This document shows positions 46,852-54,923 of a stretch of 64,000 nt of DNA, one piece after another. Each line of letters begins with the position of its first letter. Positions within the stretch are counted from its first letter, which is position 1. The notes below the pieces were generated by a model that saw only the letters and a program-made list of their open reading frames with translations, did not search any database and was not told where the DNA came from. Origin of the DNA: a virus (taxonomy: Duplodnaviria; Caudoviricetes); IMG/VR virus record IMGVR_UViG_3300011113_000415; one strand, given 5' to 3'. The translations under genes and the position numbers were made by a program.

Positions 46852-46926
46852 GCGGGTATTATTCAGTGGTAGAATATCTCGTTGCCAACGAGACTGTCGT
46901 CGGTTCGAACCCGACTACCCGCTCCA
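46852..46926 (+). tRNA. tRNA-Gly(GCC)
   Basis: Loop TTGCCAA; U73; CCA. Confidence 0.92.
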
Positions 46927-46964
46927 AGTTGAGTAAAGAAAGCGTGTTAAAAACTCATTGACGA

Positions 46965-47110
46965 TGGGCCCAACTATCAGGGACACTATTTAATCCAGAG
47001 CCGCTGACCGGGCGAAAGCCGCAGGAGGACTGCTAGTCACAGTAGAATCATGCTTGTGGAGGGAAGGGAGTGCAGACATGTATTCCGCACCCTTAAACAT
47101 GGGATAGTGC
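46965..47110 (+). ncRNA. Candidate structured ncRNA (~145 nt, unassigned)
   Basis: ACTATC/GATAGT closing pair; GC-GAAA-GC, GCAG/CTGC, GTGC/GCAC hairpins. Confidence 0.4.
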
Positions 47111-47125
47111 TTTCTTTATTTCACT

Positions 47126-47199
47126 GCTCCTATAGTATAAAGGAATTACACCGTCTTGGTAAGGCGGAAACCCAGGATCGTTACCCGGTAGGAGCACCA
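47126..47199 (+). tRNA. tRNA-Thr(GGT), non-canonical T-loop
   Basis: Loop TTGGTAA; T-loop ATCGTTA; CCA. Confidence 0.82.
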
Positions 47200-47200
47200 A

Positions 47201-47902
47201 TTACTTGACTGTGGCCAATCCAAGGTTCCGAAGAATACAAATGTACATCCAACCTATGTCAAACTCCCACCAGTTTCTACTGAGGCGAGCACTGGCTGGA
47301 TCCAAGTGGTGGTTGTTGTGTAGTTCTTCGCCACCAATCACGATACCCCAGGGACTGATATTTCTACTGAGATCTCGGGTTTCTCCATTTCTATAGCCCC
47401 ACCAGTGTGCTAGACCGTTGACGACACCAGCGGCCCAGAACGGTATCCATATTATCTGTATGAGCCAAATTATGGCGCCAACCCAACCAAAGAGCCAGAG
47501 GTTGAACACAAGGCAAATGCCAAGCCCAAGTCCGGAGTGAGGAGTGTATATGTTACGCTCCAACCAGTCACTAGGAGTGCCACGACCATATGTATCAACC
47601 ATGTCCGTATCTTTTGCGGCTTCATTGTATAACCATGCTCCTCGAAACAAAACTTGCCAGATTCCATACACATGTGGACTGTGCGGATCACCTGCCCGAT
47701 CACTGTATCTATGATGCTTGCGGTGTATGGCCACCCATTGCTTTGTGACCATGCCTGTTGTGAGCCACAGCCAGGTTCGCATGAAGTGTTCTATTAGGGG
47801 ATGAAATGTCACAGATCGGTGTGCTTGTGATCTATGCAAATACAGTGTGACGCAGGCTATGGTGATGTGTGTGGCGATTAAAGTGTATAGGAGTTCTGTC
47901 AT
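47201..47902 (-). CDS. Membrane fatty-acid (delta-9-type) desaturase
   Basis: Three His boxes HRSQAH, HRKHH, HNNHH. Confidence 0.92.
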   Translation of the reverse strand: MTELLYTLIATHITIACVTLYLHRSQAHRSVTFHPLIEHFMRTWLWLTTGMVTKQWVAIHRKHHRYSDRAGDPHSPHVYGIWQVLFRGAWLYNEAAKDTDMVDTYGRGTPSDWLERNIYTPHSGLGLGICLVFNLWLFGWVGAIIWLIQIIWIPFWAAGVVNGLAHWWGYRNGETRDLSRNISPWGIVIGGEELHNNHHLDPASARLSRNWWEFDIGWMYICILRNLGLATVK

Positions 47903-47913
47903 CTCTTACTTAT

Positions 47914-47988
47914 GGGTCCTTAGTTCAATGGATAGAATGCCTGGCTTCGAACCAGGTGGTGTGGGTTCAATTCCTGCAGGACCTGCCA
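47914..47988 (+). tRNA. tRNA-Arg(TCG)
   Basis: Loop CTTCGAA; CCA. Confidence 0.9.
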
Positions 47989-47991
47989 AAT

Positions 47992-48067
47992 GCCCCTTAA
48001 ACTAATCTAGTGAAAGTGCGGGACTGAAAATCCCGAAAGCCAGGAGCGTAACCTGGAGGGGGCACCA
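47992..48067 (+). tRNA. tRNA-Phe(GAA), non-canonical T-loop
   Basis: Loop CTGAAAA; T-loop AGCGTAA; CCA. Confidence 0.82.
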
Positions 48068-48079
48068 ACTAAATATCAT

Positions 48080-48463
48080 ATGTCTTACAAAACCTACTAC
48101 TGCGAGCACTGTAGATCCCCTTATGGCTGGGTGCAACAAGAACAAACACCGGGCTATTGCAGTACCCGATGCCGCAGTGCAGACTCAAGTCGTCAGGCAA
48201 AGAAATCATTTGATCAGATACAACTGGATCGAATAGCCAGTAGAATTCCAGCAAGTGCAAAAAATTCAGAAACCCTGGCACCGCGTCAAGACCGTGAGCC
48301 AACGCCGTTGCGCGAACAACGCTGTGAGTGCTGTGGTATAACAGAACACAATGGCCTGCCCATCCGGTTTCGTTGGTTCCGCATTGATGGCAACGAGTAC
48401 AATGACAATCCGCCCAATTTAAGACTGTTATGCCCTAACTGCTTGAGTCAACAAACTACCTAG
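48080..48463 (+). CDS. Degenerate HNH-like zinc-binding protein
   Basis: CECCG...RIDGN...NLRLLCPNCLSQ with catalytic His positions replaced. Confidence 0.6.
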   Translation: MSYKTYYCEHCRSPYGWVQQEQTPGYCSTRCRSADSSRQAKKSFDQIQLDRIASRIPASAKNSETLAPRQDREPTPLREQRCECCGITEHNGLPIRFRWFRIDGNEYNDNPPNLRLLCPNCLSQQTT

Positions 48464-48472
48464 GATTTTGCT

Positions 48473-48655
48473 ATGACCCGGACCTTGATTTGGGTGTTAT
48501 CGTTTAGTGTGCTGGGCCCTGTACCCGAAAGCGGAGAACTGGCCAAGTACAAAACTCAAGCAGAATGCGAACAAGCAAAAATTCAAAAACGCGAAGAGTA
48601 TCAGGCTCAGAAAAAACGCATTGTGGCCAGTTGTCATCCCAGCACCAAAGGTTGA
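48473..48655 (+). CDS. Small hypothetical protein
   Basis: Signal-like N-terminus; two Cys. Confidence 0.5.
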   Translation: MTRTLIWVLSFSVLGPVPESGELAKYKTQAECEQAKIQKREEYQAQKKRIVASCHPSTKG

Positions 48656-48680
48656 CAAACAATCAAAATAAATATATAAT
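48652..48680 (+). promoter_or_regulatory. Consensus sigma70 promoter of the permuted tmRNA gene
   Basis: TTGACA-17-TATAAT. Confidence 0.85.
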
Positions 48681-48686
48681 ACTGAG

Positions 48687-48751
48687 AACAGCGTAAACTG
48701 CGATTCAGAAAAGGATTCAAGACGGCGGGGCAGTGCCGCCCAGGTCCACCA
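48687..48751 (+). ncRNA. ssrA: tmRNA acceptor piece (permuted two-piece ssrA, transcribed first)
   Basis: GATTCAA helix-2 strand, GAC, T-arm GGCGG-GGCAGTG-CCGCC, CAGGTCC-A-CCA 3' end; 5' boundary approximate. Confidence 0.88.
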
Positions 48752-48763
48752 TAAGGAAGTTTG

Positions 48764-49132
48764 ATGCGTATTACTGAGATTGCTAATACAAAACTATCAT
48801 TTAAAACAACAAAAGGCAGTAATGCTATTGGTGTTGAAATGAACGTTGACGGGCAATACGCAGGGATGTTTCAATACGATGCAGGTAACGGAAGAAGTTT
48901 AGTAGAGTTAGATCCAGACTTTCAAGGCAAAGGTTTGGGTAAAATTCTAATACTAAAAGAAATCTATACTGCTATCATGTCTGGATTAGACTATGTAGAA
49001 GATGAGTCACGCACCCAAGCATTTGATAATGCTATGAATAGTTTGGCAGACGCTGGTTACATAGTCAATGATGACGAGTATTGGTATGTCACTAGTGAAG
49101 GTGAGCAATATCTCAAACAAGTTTCTTTATGA
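48764..49132 (+). CDS. GNAT-like module encoded in the tmRNA intervening segment
   Basis: AAGGAAG RBS; PDFQGKGLGK; about half of residues identical to the module at 1222-1566; TGA ends 1 nt before the tmRNA 5' end. Confidence 0.8.
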   Translation: MRITEIANTKLSFKTTKGSNAIGVEMNVDGQYAGMFQYDAGNGRSLVELDPDFQGKGLGKILILKEIYTAIMSGLDYVEDESRTQAFDNAMNSLADAGYIVNDDEYWYVTSEGEQYLKQVSL

Positions 49133-49133
49133 T

Positions 49134-49313
49134 GGGCCTGACACAGGATCGATTGGGTCAAGAGTAGGGATAGTGGCGCTCGGTAAGGTAGAAGCCGTTA
49201 GGGTTGGGAGTTCCCAGCCGAAGAAGCAAAAAAAGTAAAGGCAAACGACTCACAGTTCCAATTGGCCGCGTAAAGTAGCCTAGGGTAGGAAATACCTCGT
49301 AACAGAAACCACC
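49134..49313 (+). ncRNA. ssrA: tmRNA coding piece; tag (A)ANDSQFQLAA at 49241-49273
   Basis: 5' GGGCCTG pairs with CAGGTCC (G3:U70); TTGGGTC pairs with GATTCAA; resume codon GCA; 3' boundary approximate. Confidence 0.9.
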
Positions 49314-49314
49314 A

Positions 49315-49338
49315 AGGCCCGCTTCGGTGGGCTTTTTT
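49315..49338 (+). terminator. Intrinsic terminator after tmRNA
   Basis: GCCCGC-TTCG-GTGGGC followed by TTTTT. Confidence 0.85.
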
Positions 49339-49355
49339 CTTGGCTAAATATCGGC

Positions 49356-49940
49356 ATGATAGTTTATATTCACGGTGCCAGTGCCACTGCCGAAAGTTTC
49401 ACACACATAAGAGAATACGTTAGAGAGCATACAGAACTGCCAGACACTGCCTTGGAATACAAGAGCGATGATGGTTTTGATCATAACCTTGGCCGCATGA
49501 TGGGACAACTGGATGACGCTGAACGGCTGTTCTTTGTGAGTCACAGCCTGGGTGGTATCTATGCCTTGTGCTTGGCCAACCACTATCGTGATCGTACCTT
49601 GGGCGGGGTGAGTCTCTCAACACCCTATGGTGGAAGCAAACAAGCAGACTTTGCCAGATACTTTTTGCCATTCAATCAACTGATGAAAGACATTGGTACC
49701 ATGAGTGAGCCCATGGCCGAATCAAGACGACTACCAGCACCCCCACGTTGGACCAATGTTGTGACCACAGTGGGCGACAGTCCTTGGATAACCGAGCCCA
49801 ATGATGGCGTGGTCACACTGGCCAGCATGCGAGCAAGAAAAGACTTTGAACTGGTAGAACTGCCACTGAACCACTATGAAGTGGTACTCAGCAATCAAGT
49901 GGTGCGCTTGATCCTAGACAGAATCAATGGTGCCTTATGA
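49356..49940 (+). CDS. Alpha/beta-hydrolase
   Basis: YIHG, SHSLGG, NDGVV, late NH. Confidence 0.82.
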   Translation: MIVYIHGASATAESFTHIREYVREHTELPDTALEYKSDDGFDHNLGRMMGQLDDAERLFFVSHSLGGIYALCLANHYRDRTLGGVSLSTPYGGSKQADFARYFLPFNQLMKDIGTMSEPMAESRRLPAPPRWTNVVTTVGDSPWITEPNDGVVTLASMRARKDFELVELPLNHYEVVLSNQVVRLILDRINGAL

Positions 49941-50659
49941 AACCTGTACTGATCCTACAACATCAAACACCCGAACGTCCGGCTTATCTTGTGACATGGT
50001 TGACGCAACATAACATTCCTTATGAAACACGCTGTGCTGGCAGTGGTCAAGAGTTTCCCCAAAGCATAGAACCTTACTCGGCCCTGGCTGTGATGGGTGG
50101 TGGCATGAGTGCCAATGATCCGTTGTTGAGCAATCGTCAAGCAGAAATACTAATACTACAGGCCGTGAGGCAAGACCGTCCAGTGATAGGACATTGCTTG
50201 GGCGGACAACTGATGACTCGTGCCCTGGGCGGGCATGTGAGCCTGTCACCACAGCCCGAAATAGGCTGGCAACACATAGACTACGAAGATAATTCCTTGG
50301 TCACTCATTGGTTTGGTGCTGACCCCACACCCCGGGTAATACAGTGGCACTATGAAGCATTCAGCGTACCCCCGGGTGCCACACGATTGGCAGGATCACG
50401 ATCTTGCCCCAACCAAGCCTGGTGCCTGGGCCCGCATTTGGCCATGCAATTTCACATCGAAATTGATGCAGTCAAAGCCCAGGAATGGGCTGGAGACGAA
50501 GATCCCAAATGGGCCGCGGCCCGTGCCCAGTATGTCTCAGTGCAGGACAGCAAGGCCATCCTGGAGGGAATTGAGCCTTATCTTGCGCACCATCAGGCCA
50601 CTGCTGATCATGTTTACCAAACTTGGCTAAAAACCACACACTGGGCCAGAAACTTGTAA
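49937..50659 (+). CDS. Class I glutamine amidotransferase
   Basis: GHCLGGQL, QWHYE, QFHIE. Confidence 0.88.
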   Translation: MKPVLILQHQTPERPAYLVTWLTQHNIPYETRCAGSGQEFPQSIEPYSALAVMGGGMSANDPLLSNRQAEILILQAVRQDRPVIGHCLGGQLMTRALGGHVSLSPQPEIGWQHIDYEDNSLVTHWFGADPTPRVIQWHYEAFSVPPGATRLAGSRSCPNQAWCLGPHLAMQFHIEIDAVKAQEWAGDEDPKWAAARAQYVSVQDSKAILEGIEPYLAHHQATADHVYQTWLKTTHWARNL

Positions 50660-50914
50660 ACCAAATAGTTGGCTGTGGCGTTGTATATGTAAGGAGACAG
50701 CAATGAAACCCATATACAACTGTTTTGCACACAAGCCCGGCAAAAATGAAATACCTCGTCAAACATTTGACTGGAGTAGAGTACAATATCTTCCAGATTG
50801 TGATCGCAAAAGAACTACCATGTGCCGTGTTCCTTCAAATCGTAGTGTTCAAAAAACTTTGATTTGATTTTTCTAGACCAATAAATATCTGCCAAACAAC
50901 TCAGTAAGGCAGCA

Positions 50915-52588
50915 ATGAAAAATAGATTTGAAGAACTTGAAACACTAGTATCAAAATTTACCAAACAACTACCCCCTGGCACACACTACGCCAACAGACT
51001 TGAGCAAGAACTAGAACTCATAGTTCAACTCAACTTTGCCAAACACTTTTTGCGTGTGAGAGAAATACTAGATCTCACCCAAGACATACCACACATCACT
51101 CGAGGTTCAGCAGGTTCCAGCCTGGTGTGCTGGATGATGGGCATAAGTGATGTGGATCCTGTGGCCGAACACATACCACTTTCACGGTTCATGAATCCGC
51201 GTCGTGACGATTTGCCGGACATTGATCTTGACTTCCCACACTGGCAACAGGAAGAAGTCATGAATCGCATATATCGACGCTGGCCCGGACAGAGTGCTAG
51301 AGTATCAAACTATGTGACCTACAAAGAAAAATCAGCACGTCGTGAAGCAGCCAAACGCCTGGGTGCCGAAGGCCGGTTGGATCGCAACTTTCGCTTTGAA
51401 GATGTTGTGCCCGACTATGTGGCAGATGCTGAACGACTCACAAACAAGTTGCTGGGCAAGAAACGTTGTATATCAAAGCACTGTGGTGGCATATTGATTT
51501 TTGATCGACCAGTGCCGCCCAGTTTGATCAATGGTGAAAATCAAATCTTGTTGGACAAGTATGAGATTGAAGATCTAGAACACTTCAAGATCGACATTTT
51601 GGCCAATCGTGGTTTAAGTCAACTGTGGGAAATAGACCAGCGTGACCTGTTGGACTACCCTGAGCAGGACGAAGCCACTGCTCAACTGCTTGGTAGTGGC
51701 AATGTGCTGGGTGTGACACAGGCTGAGTCACCGGCCATGCGACGCCTGTTTCGAGCCATAAGGCCACAAAGTCGTGCTGACTGTGTGTTGGGCACTGCAC
51801 TCATACGCCCGGTGGCCACACAAGGGCGCAGGCGAGCCAGTTTCTTTCAAGACTGGTCAAAAGATCGTTTTGAAGATACCATTGTGTTTGAAGACGATGC
51901 CATAAGACTCATTGCCGACATCTTGAACTGCGATGAGTACACAGCCGACATGTGGCGTCGTGCGTTTGCCAAAAAGAACGAAGAAAAAATGTTTGAGTTC
52001 ATGACCTTGGTGGGTGATCATCCCCGGCGTGATGATGTGTTTGCCGCACTACGAGAACTCAGTCACTTTGGCTTGTGTCGTGCTCATGCCATCAACCTGG
52101 GTAGGTTGATCTGGGCCTTGGCCTATCAAAAAGCACACAACCCTATCAAGTTTTGGCAGGCCGCACTCAAGCACTGTCAAGGTAGTTATGCTAGATGGGT
52201 GTATTGGCAAGAGGCCAAACTGGCCGGTGCGGTGCCTGCCTTGATCGAAGGCAACGAAGTGGCAGACCTGGCTGCCACCGGGCGTTGGCAGTCACCACGA
52301 TTTATTCCGGTATGTCAGGAAATACGCAGGCCCGGAGAAGTGGAATTTTGTGGCTTGGTGGCCAACTATCGTGTGTTCAAGAGTTCGCCCAAAGAGTACA
52401 TTACCTTTGTGACCCTGGGCACAGGCAATGGTCGATATTTGGATGTGGTTGTGCCACGTGCCATGAGTTTTCAAGAACATCCAATCTTGTGGGGAATGGG
52501 CAAATTGGACTACAAAAACAACACAGAATATGTTATACTTAAACGTCATAAAAGACTACGATTACAAGAAGTTGCTCACATACAATGA
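50915..52588 (+). CDS. dnaE: Truncated DNA polymerase III alpha-like protein (no PHP domain)
   Basis: RGSAGSSLV, PDIDLDF, SKHCGG, KIDIL, FGLCRAHA, C-terminal OB-fold-like segment. Confidence 0.85.
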   Translation: MKNRFEELETLVSKFTKQLPPGTHYANRLEQELELIVQLNFAKHFLRVREILDLTQDIPHITRGSAGSSLVCWMMGISDVDPVAEHIPLSRFMNPRRDDLPDIDLDFPHWQQEEVMNRIYRRWPGQSARVSNYVTYKEKSARREAAKRLGAEGRLDRNFRFEDVVPDYVADAERLTNKLLGKKRCISKHCGGILIFDRPVPPSLINGENQILLDKYEIEDLEHFKIDILANRGLSQLWEIDQRDLLDYPEQDEATAQLLGSGNVLGVTQAESPAMRRLFRAIRPQSRADCVLGTALIRPVATQGRRRASFFQDWSKDRFEDTIVFEDDAIRLIADILNCDEYTADMWRRAFAKKNEEKMFEFMTLVGDHPRRDDVFAALRELSHFGLCRAHAINLGRLIWALAYQKAHNPIKFWQAALKHCQGSYARWVYWQEAKLAGAVPALIEGNEVADLAATGRWQSPRFIPVCQEIRRPGEVEFCGLVANYRVFKSSPKEYITFVTLGTGNGRYLDVVVPRAMSFQEHPILWGMGKLDYKNNTEYVILKRHKRLRLQEVAHIQ

Positions 52589-52926
52589 AAACCTACGCTA
52601 GGCTCCATGTTTATCCGCATCAGGAACCCCAGGGTCGTGCCTATATAGTGGCTGACGCTCAAGCCTTGAGGGCTCTTGCAGATCTGTGCAGAACAGCCAG
52701 CCATAGTATGACCGGTATGGAAACAGCCACTTTCTTTGGCAGTGATGGTCATGAGTATGAATTGGCTGTGGTTTCTGATACCACTGAATCAGAATGGCAA
52801 CAGTTGCGTTTGCCTGGACTTGATATTCAAGCACCAAAAAAACTACTTGTGGTCCAGAATTTTGATGAACTTGTTAAACAATCTCAAAAGGAGAAAAACT
52901 CATGTCAACACTCAGTAGTGAACTAG
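52585..52926 (+). CDS. Hypothetical protein
   Basis: ATGA-coupled to dnaE. Confidence 0.55.
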   Translation: MKTYARLHVYPHQEPQGRAYIVADAQALRALADLCRTASHSMTGMETATFFGSDGHEYELAVVSDTTESEWQQLRLPGLDIQAPKKLLVVQNFDELVKQSQKEKNSCQHSVVN

Positions 52927-53135
52927 CAGTAGAACGCATTGGCAATCGTTATGATTTAATTTTGGTTGCCAGTCGCCGTGCCCGCGAACTTGGTCGCGGA
53001 GATAAGCCACGTGTAAACGCAGGAAGTAGCAATATCAGCACCGCCTTGATGGAAATCGAAGCAGGTGCTGTGGACCGTAGTTGGCTGTACAAGCCACAAG
53101 ATTTGTTAACAGCCAGTCACCACAGAAAATATTGA
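52902..53135 (+). CDS. rpoZ: RNA polymerase omega subunit homologue
   Basis: IGNRYDLILVASRRAREL...TALMEIEAG. Confidence 0.85.
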   Translation: MSTLSSELAVERIGNRYDLILVASRRARELGRGDKPRVNAGSSNISTALMEIEAGAVDRSWLYKPQDLLTASHHRKY

Positions 53136-53180
53136 TTTTTTAGATAAATATTTTGATAATTAAAATACAAGGAAATCAAA

Positions 53181-53441
53181 ATGTATACAAAACTTACCAC
53201 AATGACTTGGTCAACTGCTGAAGCCCAACTACTTCAACCCATTATGGATGCCAGGATTACATATTTAAACACTGCTATAACCTTGGGCACTACCGATGGC
53301 ATTCCAATAGTAATTTCTCCAACTGTGACCAAAAGAGTATGGACCACTCAGGCAGCAGCCGACGACTGGGCAACATTTATATCAGGACTGGCCACTGATA
53401 ATGGTGTAACATGTGATGTGGCTATCACTGACAACGTTTAA
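53181..53441 (+). CDS. Hypothetical protein
   Basis: AAGGA RBS; GATAAATA upstream. Confidence 0.55.
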   Translation: MYTKLTTMTWSTAEAQLLQPIMDARITYLNTAITLGTTDGIPIVISPTVTKRVWTTQAAADDWATFISGLATDNGVTCDVAITDNV

Positions 53442-53771
53442 AACTTATGACACTAAAACCAGGATCTTCTTATCGAATGAGCCGTGCCAACAAACGAATG
53501 TTGGCCACTATTGTTGATCGCCATAAACAAGGCGAGATCAAACGCACTGTGATTTCTGCAGATCTTTATGGTCGACAGTTTGTTTCCAAAAGTACCACAA
53601 AAAACAAATAGTAAATCAATAGATTAATAAATAACTCAGCAACGCCGGGTACTTCCGACGTCAGTATCTAAGACGCTTGGAGTATTGACTCCTTTACCAT
53701 TGTGTTACAAATGGAACGCCGACTGTGTGTAGAATTCTTCTACTAGCAATTTTCCAATCAAAATAAGTCTA

Positions 53772-54923
53772 ATGATTTTTTACGATTTGAACGGTATAAA
53801 ATTCCATAGTCCTTTTGCGGCTTTTCTATACGGATCAATACATGATCCTCACACTTTTCCAAGATTTAATTTTTTTGATGCAGAATTTTCTCTCATTGAT
53901 TGGACGTCAGAACCCACGCTTAGTTTTCAAACACTGTGCGATCTACGTGCCCATCAGTTGCGAAACAAATATGACCGATTGATATTGTTATTCAGCGGCG
54001 GCACTGATTCTATCACTGTATACAACACCTTTGTGCGTAATAATATACACATAGATGAAATTGTTGTTGTGTATTCTGGCACGGACGCTGAAATATTTTT
54101 ACCAACTGATTTGGCTCGATGGGTTATAACAAATCATAAAGATAAAACAACAAAAATCACTCTAAGAACTTATCAAACCCATGATGATACTGTTGAATAT
54201 GAAAAAAGATTACTCAACGAAAATTTTCTAATAGAGGATGACGATAATTTTAGACATCAAGATGCTAAATTTTGTATGCCAGTTGTGCATAGCGAACTTA
54301 TCAACCAGTCTTACGATAACTATAGCCATTGTGTGATAACAGGCTTTGAAAAGCCTCGACTGATCGAACTTAATGATGGTTATTATTTTGAATTTTTGGA
54401 TAAAGTTTTTTCTAGTGTAATGATGCGCCAAAATATAGAATTCTTTTTTGTATCTCCTGACATGCCTGAATTACATGCCAAGCAATGCCACATGATGTTG
54501 AACTATTGTTTAAAAACCAACACAACATTTACAGAAATAGAAAAAATAGAAAATTACTATCTCAAGTGTGCTGTTCAGGGCCGCGATCCGGAACCAATGG
54601 TCTTGCGAGGACACAGTATGTTAGAGAAAACGGCTACTAGGCAGCATGCAAATAAAATTAATCAGATTAATTTTTCAAAAGAAATACCCTTGGCCTTTGT
54701 ACAACAAATGTTCCACAATCAGATCAGTTTGCCTTTTGCATCAGCAGTAGAACGTAAATCGCCTGCTTTTAGAAAATATGTCAATGGATGGAATGCAATT
54801 CAGTCCGATAAAACATTGGTATCATACATGGTACGCATGGGATTGCTTTCTTCACAAACACAACCAGTTCAATCATACCACGGCATTCGTTCAAAAGCCC
54901 ACAAAATCAAATGCCTGAACTGA
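53772..54923 (+). CDS. PP-loop (adenine nucleotide alpha-hydrolase-like) protein
   Basis: LLFSGGTDS; ITGFEKP; AT-rich. Confidence 0.55.
   Translation: MIFYDLNGIKFHSPFAAFLYGSIHDPHTFPRFNFFDAEFSLIDWTSEPTLSFQTLCDLRAHQLRNKYDRLILLFSGGTDSITVYNTFVRNNIHIDEIVVVYSGTDAEIFLPTDLARWVITNHKDKTTKITLRTYQTHDDTVEYEKRLLNENFLIEDDDNFRHQDAKFCMPVVHSELINQSYDNYSHCVITGFEKPRLIELNDGYYFEFLDKVFSSVMMRQNIEFFFVSPDMPELHAKQCHMMLNYCLKTNTTFTEIEKIENYYLKCAVQGRDPEPMVLRGHSMLEKTATRQHANKINQINFSKEIPLAFVQQMFHNQISLPFASAVERKSPAFRKYVNGWNAIQSDKTLVSYMVRMGLLSSQTQPVQSYHGIRSKAHKIKCLN

Noticed and set aside
49937-50659. Amidotransferase as part of Gat-QueC
   Set aside because: It is class I (triad type), not fused to QueC, and lies 22 kb from the cluster.
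53772-54923. SGGTDS PP-loop protein as the missing QueC
   Set aside because: No QueC C-terminal Cys zinc motif, too long, and in a separate AT-rich island; kept only as a generic PP-loop protein.
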